64,000 bases of DNA from Candidatus Pacebacteria bacterium CG2_30_36_39 (GCA_001873435.1 MNZB01000003.1:6427-70426), one strand, 5' to 3'. Counted from the first letter of the stretch, positions 18,490-27,980 are shown. Numbers and translations are program-made. Notes: a model not told the origin generated them from the sequence alone.

Positions 18490-18765
18490 CTACTCTTCTT
18501 CGTTTTCAGTTGGGTTGACACCTAAAAGCCAAAGTACAGCTTCCTTTTTGTATCTACGATCTCCGCGAGAGTTAATGCGGATAGCTGGAAGTTTGCCACG
18601 TTTACCCCAACGCTTGATGGTTAAAGGTGAAACTCTCAATAAATCTGCTACCTCACGCACTGTTAGGAGGTCTGGTAGATTATTGATGTCGAGCTTGGCA
18701 GCATCATTGGCTCGGCCAGTTTTTTTGTCTTCCATTTCGGAAACGATGGCAGCTGTATCAGTCAT
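18490..18765 (-). CDS. Excisionase/AlpA-family helix-turn-helix DNA-binding protein.
   Basis: HTH_17-like segment LTVREVADLLRVSPLTIKRWGKRGKLPAIRI in a 91-aa protein. Confidence 0.55.
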   Translation of the reverse strand: MTDTAAIVSEMEDKKTGRANDAAKLDINNLPDLLTVREVADLLRVSPLTIKRWGKRGKLPAIRINSRGDRRYKKEAVLWLLGVNPTENEEE

Positions 18766-18946
18766 TTAGAGTCCTTTCAAAATTGTTTTTTTATACCATC
18801 ATCCGCGGTGAGCAAGTGATGCAATATAAATCAAAGATTATTGAATCTATATACCAAGGTAACAGAGTAAACGTAACTAGGTCAATAGTGAGTTTGAGCT
18901 AGTAAGTACTAAACAAGTTTTCCCAGCATGACATATAATTTTAACT

Positions 18947-19273
18947 ATGATTGAAACCTACAGGAGAATTAAAACTGCTTTGGTTGAGATTTCTAAAAAA
19001 GCGGCTGAGGCCGGTGAGACAGCGGAGAGGGATTTCTTGGAAAGATATATTTTTTCCAGAAATGCTCCCAAAAATAGTCTGGAGTATAAATTAATTGGGG
19101 AGCTTGCTGAGGCTAAGAGGGTCTTTGATTCAACTTCCGGTCTAAGGTTAAAAGAAAAACGTCTAGCGAAGGCAAGTCTAGACGCTGCTACGGCAAGTGT
19201 ATTTGAAGCACATCAAGAATTTATTAAGAGAGGTGAAAAGTACATTGCTCTTGATGGTAAAGTTATTGAGTAG
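18947..19273 (+). CDS. Hypothetical protein (108 aa).
   Basis: A TATAAT box lies ~10 nt upstream of the ATG. A shared bidirectional terminator follows. Confidence 0.4.
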   Translation: MIETYRRIKTALVEISKKAAEAGETAERDFLERYIFSRNAPKNSLEYKLIGELAEAKRVFDSTSGLRLKEKRLAKASLDAATASVFEAHQEFIKRGEKYIALDGKVIE

Positions 19274-19295
19274 CTCAATTTTTATTTGTTAAACC

Positions 19296-19325
19296 AAAAA
19301 CCCCGCCATAAAGGCGGGGTTTTTA
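19296..19325. terminator. Bidirectional intrinsic terminator, downstream of rplL on the minus strand.
   Basis: ccccgcc-ataaa-ggcgggg hairpin with flanking A5 and T5. Confidence 0.6.
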
Positions 19326-19348
19326 TTGCTTTTATCAGCGTAATTAAA

Positions 19349-19753
19349 TTATTTTAATTCAACTACACAACCAGCTTCTTCCAAGGTTTTCTTGGCAGCT
19401 TCAGCATCTTCTTTCTTGGCACCTTCCAAAACAGTTTTTGGAGCGGATTCTACGAAAGTTTTTGCTTCACCTAAACCAAGTTCTGGCTTAAGAGTACGGA
19501 CGGCTTTGATGGCACCAATTTTATTGGAACCAGCGTCTTTTAAGACGACATCAAATTCATCTTTAACTTCAGCAACAGCAGCTGCACCAGCAGCGGCAGG
19601 CATAGCACCCATCATCATAGGAGCGGCTGCACTTACACCGAATGTATCTTCTAATGCGGTAACGAGTTCAGAAACTTCCATGAGGGAGAGTTCTTTAACA
19701 GCGTCAACGAGTTTCTGCACTTTAGCAGAGAGTTGTTTTGTGTCTTCAGACAT
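19349..19753 (-). CDS. rplL: Ribosomal protein L7/L12.
   Basis: 134 aa with an Ala-rich flexible hinge and a C-terminal KIGAIKAVR...GLGEAK...EAG domain. Confidence 0.9.
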   Translation of the reverse strand: MSEDTKQLSAKVQKLVDAVKELSLMEVSELVTALEDTFGVSAAAPMMMGAMPAAAGAAAVAEVKDEFDVVLKDAGSNKIGAIKAVRTLKPELGLGEAKTFVESAPKTVLEGAKKEDAEAAKKTLEEAGCVVELK

Positions 19754-19785
19754 ATTTTTCCTTTATATTACTTTTTTACTTATTA

Positions 19786-20298
19786 CTAAGCGGTCTCCAA
19801 TTGTTTTTGAAGAGCGCGAAGAGCATAGACTAGATCTCTTGGGCCAGCCTTGAGTACGTTCACTAGACCATAAGCAGGTCCTTTGAGACGAATCACCAAA
19901 GTGGTCATTAATTCTTGTTTGCCAGGTAGTTTGCTGAGTGATTCAACTTCCTCAATGGAAAGAACCTTATCTCCCATGACACCCTGTTTGATCACCAATT
20001 TATCGGTGTCTTTGTGGAACTTGAAGAGAGCCTTCAAAGCAGCCACAGGGTCTTCAAAAGAGAAGACTACAGCATTCATACCAGTCAAGGAATCAGTAAC
20101 TTTACCTTTTCCTACAGCGAGGTCGATCAGGGTGTTTTTGGTGACATACATTTCACCACCTGCTTCTGTCAAGGCAGAGCGAAGCTCAACTTGATCATTA
20201 ACAGTAGTACCCTGGTATTCAACTACAACTGCTGACTGTGCCTGAGCAAACTTGTCTTGCAAGATCTTTACTTGCTCCAAGTTATGTTGATTTGGCAT
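19786..20298 (-). CDS. rplJ: Ribosomal protein L10.
   Basis: L10 family sequence beginning at the internal Met ([17 protein letters not shown]...). The longer ORF reaching 20370 lacks homology. Order is rplJ then rplL. Confidence 0.85.
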   Translation of the reverse strand: MPNQHNLEQVKILQDKFAQAQSAVVVEYQGTTVNDQVELRSALTEAGGEMYVTKNTLIDLAVGKGKVTDSLTGMNAVVFSFEDPVAALKALFKFHKDTDKLVIKQGVMGDKVLSIEEVESLSKLPGKQELMTTLVIRLKGPAYGLVNVLKAGPRDLVYALRALQKQLETA

Positions 20299-20515
20299 AC
20301 AACGAATACCTTTATACTTAATTAATACCTTTAAAGTGCCGTTTCGCAAAGGCTTGTGGGAAATGTACAATGAGGGGAAAGAGAAAAACTAAAAAGCAAA
20401 ATTGTAATTCGTTTTTAAGTAGCTCTCCTCGGTGTGGCATTTCACCAGAATTTCTTCTGGACACACTGTCTTTGGAAACAGAAAGAAAATTATATCACGA
20501 AAAGGACAAACTGCA

Positions 20516-22483
20516 ATGTTCCAAAACAAGCATAGTAATTCGATATTGAATCGAGTTTTTGGATTTTTTTCTAGCCTTTTAATCTCATTATTATTTTTTG
20601 GTCAGATCCAGCCTGTCTTTGCGGAAGAAACCAAAGAATATTCTATTCAAGGAACTGATATTCAGGCAGAAGTCAGTCCAAGTGGTTCAATGGATGTAAT
20701 CGAGCAGCGAGTTTATAGTTTTACTGGAGATTATAGATTTGCTTATCAACGCATAGAGAAAAATCCAGATCAAAAAACAGCACCAGGCAGAGTAGAGCCA
20801 TATCAAATTAGAATCAAAGGTATTTGTGAAAAAGATTATTGCTACCGATTTGTTTACCCATCAGAGGTAAACATGACTGACCGTCGAGCAAATACACCAG
20901 GAACATATACAGTTATTCAAGATAATAATGAAGTTTATGTCCAATGGCATTTCAAAGCTATTAATGAAGCCAAGATTTTTACTATTCAATATGTTGTTGA
21001 TAATGCAGTCACCTTACATAGTGATATAGCAGAGATATATTGGCAATTTATTGGTAATAAATGGGAAGTACCTCAGAAATATGTGACGGTTAATGTTAAC
21101 TTGCCATATGGAATAAATGATAAAGATATTGTTGCTTGGGGGCATGGAGAATTAAAGGGTCAAGTTAGTATTCCAAATGCTCAAACAGTTAAATTTGCGG
21201 TTGATAAGGTTCGAAGTGGCAAGATGTTAGAAGCACGCATCTTGGTACCCAAAATGAGCTTTTATGATGGAGCACAAGGCCATTTTTCCAAAGCACAAAT
21301 AGAAGAGCAGGAGTCCAGTTTTATAGCAGAGACCAAAAAATGGTTAGATAGAAATTCTATTTTTGTAAACTTACAAAAGTTTTTAGTAGCTCTGGCCTGG
21401 ATTTTTGGAGCTCAAATATTATTTCGATATTTGTTTTTTGAGTATCAAAGAATACCAAAGGCCAATCAGGCAGATCGGGTTTGGGAGCCACCAAGTAATT
21501 TAGAACCGGCAATTGTTGAGTTATTGGTTAGGCGCACTCGTTCTCTTTCAACAAAATCTTTTACAGCTACTGCTTTATCTTTAGTACAACAAAAGTTTGT
21601 CAAAATTATTCGCAGTGATGATAAGAAAGGTTTTTTCGTCAAAAAATATGAATATGGCTTTGTTAAGGCAAAAGAACCAAAAAAACTAACGGTATTGCAG
21701 CAGGATGTTTATGATTATCTTTTTGATAAAGCAGCTAAAAAAGAAGATATTTTATGGTTCAAAGATTTAATTAAATATAATAAGGCTCATCCATCTGGAG
21801 CACATAATTTCTTTAAGAGTTTAGAAAAATCGGCTTTCCACCAGGGAGAAAAATTGGATTTAATAGCCAAGCCAGTTAAAGGTGGCATATTTAAAAAAAT
21901 AGCACCGTTGTTAATTGTTTATTTGTTATCAATTGGTAGCATAGTTTTTCAAGTTCTATGGATAGGTGATGAATATTTTCAACCAGATGCCTTGTTGATA
22001 GCAGTTACTGGCTTATTCATTCCAATCATGTTGAGTTTTATAGCAATTATGAAATCGATCACAGGTTTTCGTTATACCGATAAGGGTCTATTGGAAACTG
22101 CTCAGTGGCGAGCTTTTAAAAAACACATGAATGATTATCGTAAAACCAAGGAATATCCAATTGACTCAGTAATTTTATGGGAGAAATATCTTGTGTATGG
22201 CACTCTTTTGGGAGTATCAGCTAAGGCATTAGCTCAGTTGCCTGTTAATTTTGATTTAAATGATCCGGCAGTAACAGGATATTGGGTGGGCTATAGTCAT
22301 GGTGGTGGTTCCACGGATTTTACAAATTCATTTAGTGGAGTTTCCGATTCTTTGTCATCGGTTTTACATTCATTTTCTACTAGTTCCACTCAGAGTTTCG
22401 GAGCTAGTGGAGCCGGGTCTTCTGGTGGATTCTCTGGCGGAGGCGGCGGTGGAGGTGGCGGCGGAGGTGGTGGAGCAGGTTAA
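20516..22483 (+). CDS. DUF2207-like membrane protein with a Gly/Ser-rich C-terminal tail.
   Basis: Signal/TM at the N-terminus, a large extracytoplasmic domain, then TM helices and a GGGGGGGGGGG tail typical of DUF2207 proteins. Start placed at Met29 of the ORF. Confidence 0.5.
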   Translation: MFQNKHSNSILNRVFGFFSSLLISLLFFGQIQPVFAEETKEYSIQGTDIQAEVSPSGSMDVIEQRVYSFTGDYRFAYQRIEKNPDQKTAPGRVEPYQIRIKGICEKDYCYRFVYPSEVNMTDRRANTPGTYTVIQDNNEVYVQWHFKAINEAKIFTIQYVVDNAVTLHSDIAEIYWQFIGNKWEVPQKYVTVNVNLPYGINDKDIVAWGHGELKGQVSIPNAQTVKFAVDKVRSGKMLEARILVPKMSFYDGAQGHFSKAQIEEQESSFIAETKKWLDRNSIFVNLQKFLVALAWIFGAQILFRYLFFEYQRIPKANQADRVWEPPSNLEPAIVELLVRRTRSLSTKSFTATALSLVQQKFVKIIRSDDKKGFFVKKYEYGFVKAKEPKKLTVLQQDVYDYLFDKAAKKEDILWFKDLIKYNKAHPSGAHNFFKSLEKSAFHQGEKLDLIAKPVKGGIFKKIAPLLIVYLLSIGSIVFQVLWIGDEYFQPDALLIAVTGLFIPIMLSFIAIMKSITGFRYTDKGLLETAQWRAFKKHMNDYRKTKEYPIDSVILWEKYLVYGTLLGVSAKALAQLPVNFDLNDPAVTGYWVGYSHGGGSTDFTNSFSGVSDSLSSVLHSFSTSSTQSFGASGAGSSGGFSGGGGGGGGGGGGGAG

Positions 22484-22532
22484 TTTTTTTATTAGTGTTA
22501 AAATATCTCTTTTATTAAAATAATTAATCAAA

Positions 22533-23192
22533 ATGGCAGAACTTTGGCAGAAAATACCAGAAAAATATCGTAATTCAGTAGAGTTTAGTTTGAAGAGGAC
22601 TAGCACATTGGGTAGGCGAATGTATTCACGTTTTCAGGAGCTTTTTGGTTATAAAAAACAAGAAAAAGAACCTGGTCCTGAATTTGAAATCAAAATTAAT
22701 CAGTGGACAGTGAGAGTTTGGAAAGATCGTTATGAAATAGTTAATCTTGATGAAGACGGAGAGACTCGGAGTTTTTATTTATTGAAAAGTGGTAAGTATG
22801 GTCAGCCATTAATAGAAGCAGAACCAGACAGAGCATTTGAAGCTCCAAAAGAAGTAATTTATGTTAATGCCAAAGGTGAAAAAGTAGATCCACCTAAAGA
22901 AAAGATTTCTGGAATAATTTGTCAAGAAGAAGATGGTTCAGTTGCTCATCGTTTCAGTTTGTCTAATAAAAAAGCTCCCAAATTTAAACCAACTGAAGAC
23001 GGGATAGAAATAGAAGTGGCACAAGGAGAAGGGGAGAATACAACAATTGAACGTTGGTATTTGACTGTGCTTTTTGATAAAGATGGTAATAGAATTCAAA
23101 ACCATGATGGTTACTATGGGAGAGTTAAGCCTTCGGTTGTAAAAATACTAGAACTACAAGATCTGAATTTTGTTAAATTAGCTGGTGAATAA
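22533..23192 (+). CDS. Hypothetical protein (219 aa).
   Basis: Intact ORF with no recognisable motif. Confidence 0.4.
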   Translation: MAELWQKIPEKYRNSVEFSLKRTSTLGRRMYSRFQELFGYKKQEKEPGPEFEIKINQWTVRVWKDRYEIVNLDEDGETRSFYLLKSGKYGQPLIEAEPDRAFEAPKEVIYVNAKGEKVDPPKEKISGIICQEEDGSVAHRFSLSNKKAPKFKPTEDGIEIEVAQGEGENTTIERWYLTVLFDKDGNRIQNHDGYYGRVKPSVVKILELQDLNFVKLAGE

Positions 23193-23201
23193 TAATTTTT
23201 T

Positions 23202-23230
23202 TTGCATTTTAAATAAAAAGATCTATAATA
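23202..23230 (+). promoter_or_regulatory. Sigma70-like promoter TTGCAT-N17-TATAAT driving the thrS leader.
   Basis: TTGCAT at 23202-23207 and TATAAT at 23225-23230 with an exact 17-nt spacer. The ATG of the leader ORF lies 9 nt downstream of the -10 box. Confidence 0.5.
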
Positions 23231-23238
23231 CCAACCAG

Positions 23239-23283
23239 ATGAAATCTTTAATTGTAATTACCACCAACACTACTACTCTCTAA
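23239..23283 (+). CDS. Putative thrS leader peptide MKSLIVITTNTTTL: 14 codons, 5 of them Thr (ACC ACC AAC ACT ACT ACT).
   Basis: ATG sits almost at the predicted transcription start (leaderless). The stop TAA is followed directly by an AGGGG segment that can pair with the terminator 5' arm. Confidence 0.45.
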   Translation: MKSLIVITTNTTTL

Positions 23284-23318
23284 TGAGGGGTGGCTGTGTA
23301 TGGTTGTAATCACATAAC

Positions 23319-23341
23319 GCCCCTTGAAAGAGGGGTTTTTT
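23319..23341 (+). terminator. Attenuator terminator hairpin (CCCCT-TGAAAG-AGGGG followed by T6), 46 nt upstream of the thrS ATG.
   Basis: Hairpin plus T-tract located inside a 5' UTR. The alternative pairing of 23286-23290 (AGGGG) with 23320-23324 (CCCCT) would preclude terminator formation. Confidence 0.55.
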
Positions 23342-23386
23342 CGTATCAAAAACCAAGTACAATAGAAAATACTTAAAGAGGAACTT

Positions 23387-25210
23387 ATGGCAGAAAAAAA
23401 CAAATCATTTAATCAATTATGGAACATTCGTCATACCGCTGAACATGTCTTAACTTTGGCAATGCAACAACTATATGGCAAAGACAAGATTATTATGGCT
23501 ATGGGCCCTGCTACTGAAGAAGGTTTTTATTTTGACTTTGATGCTCCAGCAGATTTTAAAATCAGTGAGATTGATTTTCCTAAAATTGAAAAACAAATGA
23601 AAAAGATCATTCAACTAAACTTTTTCATGCAACGAGTGGAGATATCGGTAGAAACAGCTAGAAAACTATTTGCTGACAATCCATATAAACAAGAGTGGTT
23701 GAATGAAATAGAAGGAGAAAAAGCTCCAGTTACTGTTTATTTAACTGGTGCCAAAGATCAAGTAGATGCCGATGAAGAATCATTAAAAGCTGGTAAATAT
23801 GAAGGTTTGAAATCTGCTTTTGTAGATTTATGTAGTGGCCCACATGCAGAGAGAGTAGGGGAAATAAAAGCTTTTAAATTATTAAGTGTTGCTGGTGCCT
23901 ATTGGCGAGGTGATGAGAAAAATAAGATGCTAACTCGTGTTTATGGCACAGCATTTACTTCACAAATAGAATTAGATGAATATGTTAATAGAATAGAAGA
24001 AGCCAAAAAAAGAGATCATCGTAAGTTGGGCAAAACTTTGGATCTCTTTACTTTTTCTGAGTTAGTTGGTCCTGGCTTGCCTTTGTGGACACCCAAAGGT
24101 ACTCAGCTAAGAGTATTACTAGATGATTTTGTTTGGGCGTTACGTAAAGCTAAAGGTTACGCAAAGGTTGAAATTCCTCATATTACTAAGAAAGATCTTT
24201 ATCAAACCAGTGGTCATTGGGATAAATTTGGTGATGAATTGTTTCGCATGGTAACTCGTGAAGGTCATGAGTTTGTAATGAAACCAATGAACTGTCCTCA
24301 TCACACTCAAATCTTTGCTCGCAAGCAAATGAGCTATCGTGAAATGCCACAGCGCTATGCTAATACCACAATGGTTTACCGTGATGAACAAACCGGAGAA
24401 TTGAACGGTTTATCTCGTGTAAGAGCTATTACTCAGGATGATTCTCATGTATTTTGCCGTCAAACTCAGGTTCAGGATGAGGCAAATGCTGTTTGGGATA
24501 TAGTTGAAAAGTTTTACGGTGCTTTTGGATTTGAGTTACAAGTTCGTTTATCACTTCATAATCCTGCTGCTCCAGAAAAATATTTGGGTGGAACTGAAAG
24601 ATGGTTAGCTGCAGAGGAGACCTTACGTGAGCTAGCTCGTTTTAGAGGTGTTAAAGCAACTGAAGCAGCGGGTGAAGCAGCTTTTTATGGTCCCAAAATT
24701 GATTTTATGGCATTTGATTCATTGGGTCGTGAGTGGCAAGTAGCTACTATTCAGCTTGATTTTAATATGCCGGAGCGTTTTGATCTTTCTTGTGTGAATG
24801 AACAAGGAGAAAAAGAGCGGATTGTAATGTTGCATGTTGCAATCATGGGTTCAATAGAACGTTTCTTATCAATTTTAATTGAACATTATGGCGGAGCATT
24901 TCCATTTTGGTTAGCTCCAGAGCAGGTAAGAATTTTACCTATCGCAGATCGACATTTTGAGTTTGCTCAAGACTTACAAGAGAAGCTTAAAGAACTCAAT
25001 ATTCGTGTTGAAATTGATCTGAGAAGCGAGCGCTTGCCAGCAAAAATTAGAGCTGCCCAATTAGAAAAAGTACCTCACATGATTGTGATTGGTGACCAGG
25101 AATTAGAAGCAAAACAGGTTAATGTTCGCTCACGTGACGGCGAACAACAGAGTTTATCGGTTGAAAAATACTTAGAGCAAGTTGTTGAATTGGCAAAAAC
25201 AAAGAAATAA
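23387..25210 (+). CDS. thrS: Threonyl-tRNA synthetase, lacking the N-terminal TGS domain.
   Basis: 607 aa with an N2 editing-like domain (HTAEHVL), class II catalytic core and an anticodon-binding C-terminus. The SD is aagagga. Confidence 0.9.
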   Translation: MAEKNKSFNQLWNIRHTAEHVLTLAMQQLYGKDKIIMAMGPATEEGFYFDFDAPADFKISEIDFPKIEKQMKKIIQLNFFMQRVEISVETARKLFADNPYKQEWLNEIEGEKAPVTVYLTGAKDQVDADEESLKAGKYEGLKSAFVDLCSGPHAERVGEIKAFKLLSVAGAYWRGDEKNKMLTRVYGTAFTSQIELDEYVNRIEEAKKRDHRKLGKTLDLFTFSELVGPGLPLWTPKGTQLRVLLDDFVWALRKAKGYAKVEIPHITKKDLYQTSGHWDKFGDELFRMVTREGHEFVMKPMNCPHHTQIFARKQMSYREMPQRYANTTMVYRDEQTGELNGLSRVRAITQDDSHVFCRQTQVQDEANAVWDIVEKFYGAFGFELQVRLSLHNPAAPEKYLGGTERWLAAEETLRELARFRGVKATEAAGEAAFYGPKIDFMAFDSLGREWQVATIQLDFNMPERFDLSCVNEQGEKERIVMLHVAIMGSIERFLSILIEHYGGAFPFWLAPEQVRILPIADRHFEFAQDLQEKLKELNIRVEIDLRSERLPAKIRAAQLEKVPHMIVIGDQELEAKQVNVRSRDGEQQSLSVEKYLEQVVELAKTKK

Positions 25211-25213
25211 AAG

Positions 25214-26467
25214 CTATTCGTGTCGATTAAATTCTTTGGCAACTTCTGCTTCAGTGATTTTGTCTTTTTGCAGTGCAAGACTACCAAGAATTGCTTTATC
25301 CAAGGTAAATGGTGAGAGCAAGGAAATTACTTCCAGGGTAAAAATTGATAGTTCAAAAGCACTTGGAATTTGGTTGGTGATGAAAAAAGCACCCAAACCA
25401 ACCAAAGTAGCAGTGAACAACGAGTCTTTAAACATTTCTTTTTGAGTTTTGTCAATTATTTTGATATCGATGCCCATTTTTTCAGCAAGATTTCCCTTGC
25501 GAATAATTCTAGGTACACTGTGCCACATCATTGTTATGAAGGTAGCAATAGCAGTCAGCGTGTTGAAGGTAGTATTTTGAACACTTACATCTCCACTAAA
25601 AATTCCCAACTTCCAGCCTATGGGAAAATGTTTTACTAAAAACCAGGCTATTAGCATGAAAAGTAATAAGTATCCGGTGGCGTAACGACTCAGAATATTT
25701 GGTTCGATATTTTCAATAGTAACTGTTGGTGTTGGTAAAGATTCAGTGTTTTCTTCTGTTTTTTTTGCTTCTTCATCAATTTTAGCTTTTAGTTCTTCTT
25801 CTGCTTTTTTATTTTCATTGGCTCGTTTGAAAATAATAATTAGTAGTTGTAAAACTATGAGTACAATCCAAGTTGGTAGGAGGACTTTCCAGCCAAAGTC
25901 AATAGTTTTGGTGACAGCTGGATAAGGAATTTTGAACCAAGTATCCAATAGTGGGTAATCTGGATACTTAACCCATTTGTATAAGTGCTCTGGATTAAGT
26001 GGTTTGCTGTAAAAATCAGTTAAAAACAATCTTCCCAATGAGATAAATGAAACTAGTTGCATCACAAAATCTACGGCATAAAATAAAAAGGTGGTGTTTC
26101 CCTGGCGAAAACGTTTTTTTAAAATAAATGCTTGTTGCGTTTCAGATTTTATTTTTTCAACATTATGTTGAAACTCTTGAATGTTGTTTGATTTAACTAC
26201 TCTAATAATACGAAAGGGGATCATAAGAATGGTTTGGAAAAGTCCCAGCATTATCACTGAGATCCACATGCGATTTGTAAAAGAATAGAAGAAAAATAGA
26301 AAACTGGCATAAAATTGATTCAAAATACCAGTGAAAAAAGCATAAATTAGAAAAATTATGGCTAAGGCTGAGGCAATCGTGCCTAGGTCTGGAATTCTGA
26401 CAAAACTACTAACTTTGCTCTCTTGAGAAATTGCAGTATTGCCATTTTTTTCAGAAACACTATTCAT
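25214..26467 (-). CDS. Polytopic membrane protein, tentatively a divergent YidC/Oxa1-family insertase.
   Basis: TM helix with Arg (ILMIPFRIIRVV), K/Q-rich loops, a hydrophobic hairpin and a F..DFY..PLNP segment resembling the YidC F..W..DLS..DP region, plus a charged coiled-coil insert. Weak. Confidence 0.3.
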   Translation of the reverse strand: MNSVSEKNGNTAISQESKVSSFVRIPDLGTIASALAIIFLIYAFFTGILNQFYASFLFFFYSFTNRMWISVIMLGLFQTILMIPFRIIRVVKSNNIQEFQHNVEKIKSETQQAFILKKRFRQGNTTFLFYAVDFVMQLVSFISLGRLFLTDFYSKPLNPEHLYKWVKYPDYPLLDTWFKIPYPAVTKTIDFGWKVLLPTWIVLIVLQLLIIIFKRANENKKAEEELKAKIDEEAKKTEENTESLPTPTVTIENIEPNILSRYATGYLLLFMLIAWFLVKHFPIGWKLGIFSGDVSVQNTTFNTLTAIATFITMMWHSVPRIIRKGNLAEKMGIDIKIIDKTQKEMFKDSLFTATLVGLGAFFITNQIPSAFELSIFTLEVISLLSPFTLDKAILGSLALQKDKITEAEVAKEFNRHE

Positions 26468-26503
26468 AAACGCCTGTCATTGTATCGTGTCTGGACTGGA
26501 CTG

Positions 26504-27382
26504 TCACTTTGTAAGCACTAGTAGTGCTAATCCAGCAACTATTATTCCAACTCCCAGTAGTTTTTTGAAATTTAACTCATCTTTAAAGATTAATCCAGAT
26601 AAAATCGCGACCGCTGCAATTGAGGCGGCGTTAATGGCATTTATATAACCTACATTTGGAGTAGTTTGGTAAGCAAGCTGCATAAAATAGTTGAATCCTG
26701 CTCCGCTAATACCGATTCCTAGCAGGGTTAAAATTTGTTGTTTACTGATTTTGAGTGGGATTTTTTCTTTAATGATTTCAGTACTAATAATGATGGAAAC
26801 TATGATCATGGAAAAAACTAATCTACTCAAGATATTTACTCCTAAATCAAGTAGGTATTTTGAAGTCAGAGCCAGCATTCCCCAGCAAAAAAAAGCACCA
26901 ATTGCCAAAAATAGCCACTTAGTTTGGGTTTTATTTGTCTCTATTTTTTTATTAGTTGCTTTCTTTTCAATCATGATTAAGCCAGAACCGGCGATGATTA
27001 GACCAATAGCTAACATTGCTTTAACTGTTAAAACATCTTGGAACAAAAACACCGAGGCAATGCTGGTAAAAACCACATAGCTCTTTGAGATTACTAAGCT
27101 AAAACCAGGATTGGGTGCCAGCTCAATGCTTTTTAAAGAAAAGACATTGCCTAGATAGGAAAAGAATATCGACATTATGAAAATGATTAGCAATTGAAAT
27201 GGGGTTACTGCAAAGTTAGTATGTTGAAAAATACCAATAATCAAAAAAATAACTGCTGGAATTATGAACATGGATAGATTTTTTAAAGGAGTGGCAGTTT
27301 TTTGTGTTCCAGCTAACCTAACTAGTAGGTAAGAGGCAACTGAGAAACTAAACATTAATAAGCTAGCTAGGATCCATGACAT
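26504..27382 (-). CDS. EamA/DMT-superfamily transporter.
   Basis: Ten hydrophobic segments in two repeated halves, typical EamA pattern. Confidence 0.55.
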   Translation of the reverse strand: MSWILASLLMFSFSVASYLLVRLAGTQKTATPLKNLSMFIIPAVIFLIIGIFQHTNFAVTPFQLLIIFIMSIFFSYLGNVFSLKSIELAPNPGFSLVISKSYVVFTSIASVFLFQDVLTVKAMLAIGLIIAGSGLIMIEKKATNKKIETNKTQTKWLFLAIGAFFCWGMLALTSKYLLDLGVNILSRLVFSMIIVSIIISTEIIKEKIPLKISKQQILTLLGIGISGAGFNYFMQLAYQTTPNVGYINAINAASIAAVAILSGLIFKDELNFKKLLGVGIIVAGLALLVLTK

Positions 27383-27385
27383 AGT

Positions 27386-27919
27386 TTACTTTGGGGAAAT
27401 GGCGAAAAAAGTTCTTTCTTGATTAATACCGATTTGTTTAAAACCAAATTTTTCATAAATATGTTGCGGGATGGAATTATTTATTCTAGTGCTTAACCAT
27501 ACTGTTTTATTGGGATTTTTTTGCCAAAAATCAGCGAAGCAAGTTTTCATAAAAGGAATAGAAAGTCCTTCTCCTCTGGCATTTTTATAAATACGAATGG
27601 CAAAGGTCCAACGACAATCTGGATAATCATTTATAAATTGATCTGGTATTGTCAGCGGTTCAAACCAGATTATCCCAGCCAAAATGTGATCATTTGTCTT
27701 GTGCAAAGTGTAAAATTTTTTATTATTTTTTTGTAACCAACTTTGAGCAGTTTCTTTGTTTTCAAATCTATGAGCATCTGAAGTTTGTTCTGCAACTATA
27801 GAGTCTGTTTTGGCAAAAACTATTATTTGAGCAAAATCTTCATCACTCAGTCCTTCTGAGATTTGATAATTGAGGTTGTTTTTACTTGTTATCATTGGGA
27901 GGCTTGGGTATTCTGTCAT
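27386..27919 (-). CDS. GNAT-family N-acetyltransferase.
   Basis: Motif-A-like IRIYKNARGEGLSIPFM in a 177-aa protein. Confidence 0.5.
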   Translation of the reverse strand: MTEYPSLPMITSKNNLNYQISEGLSDEDFAQIIVFAKTDSIVAEQTSDAHRFENKETAQSWLQKNNKKFYTLHKTNDHILAGIIWFEPLTIPDQFINDYPDCRWTFAIRIYKNARGEGLSIPFMKTCFADFWQKNPNKTVWLSTRINNSIPQHIYEKFGFKQIGINQERTFFAISPK

Positions 27920-27980
27920 GGTGACTTCATTGTACTGGTAGTTATTTTTGAAGCAAGGGAAATAAATAGTTTCTTAAACT

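Noticed and set aside
18490-18765. Excisionase-family HTH gene as a marker of an integrated element.
   Set aside because: It stands alone between terminators with no integrase, att repeats or phage genes. Such small HTH_17 proteins are also ordinary regulators.
19392-19853. 153-aa ORF antisense to rplL, and similar antisense ORFs at 215-454, 3532-3792, 7731-8027, 13558-13887, 19883-20235, 22299-22606, 24140-24391, 38467-38688, 47884-48563, 55232-55510 and 55597-55939.
   Set aside because: They lie inside well-supported genes on the opposite strand and have low-complexity or junk-like composition. They are shadow ORFs.
20299-20515. Specific L10(L12)4-binding rplJ leader structure.
   Set aside because: The 5' UTR position is right, but no recognisable kink-turn or L10-leader motif could be confirmed by eye. 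It is left unannotated.
23230-23345. T-box riboswitch upstream of thrS.
   Set aside because: The leader is only ~150 nt. No convincing T-box consensus (AATTAGGGTGGTACCGCG) and no stem I/specifier architecture are visible. A Thr-codon mini-ORF with competing hairpins explains the region better.
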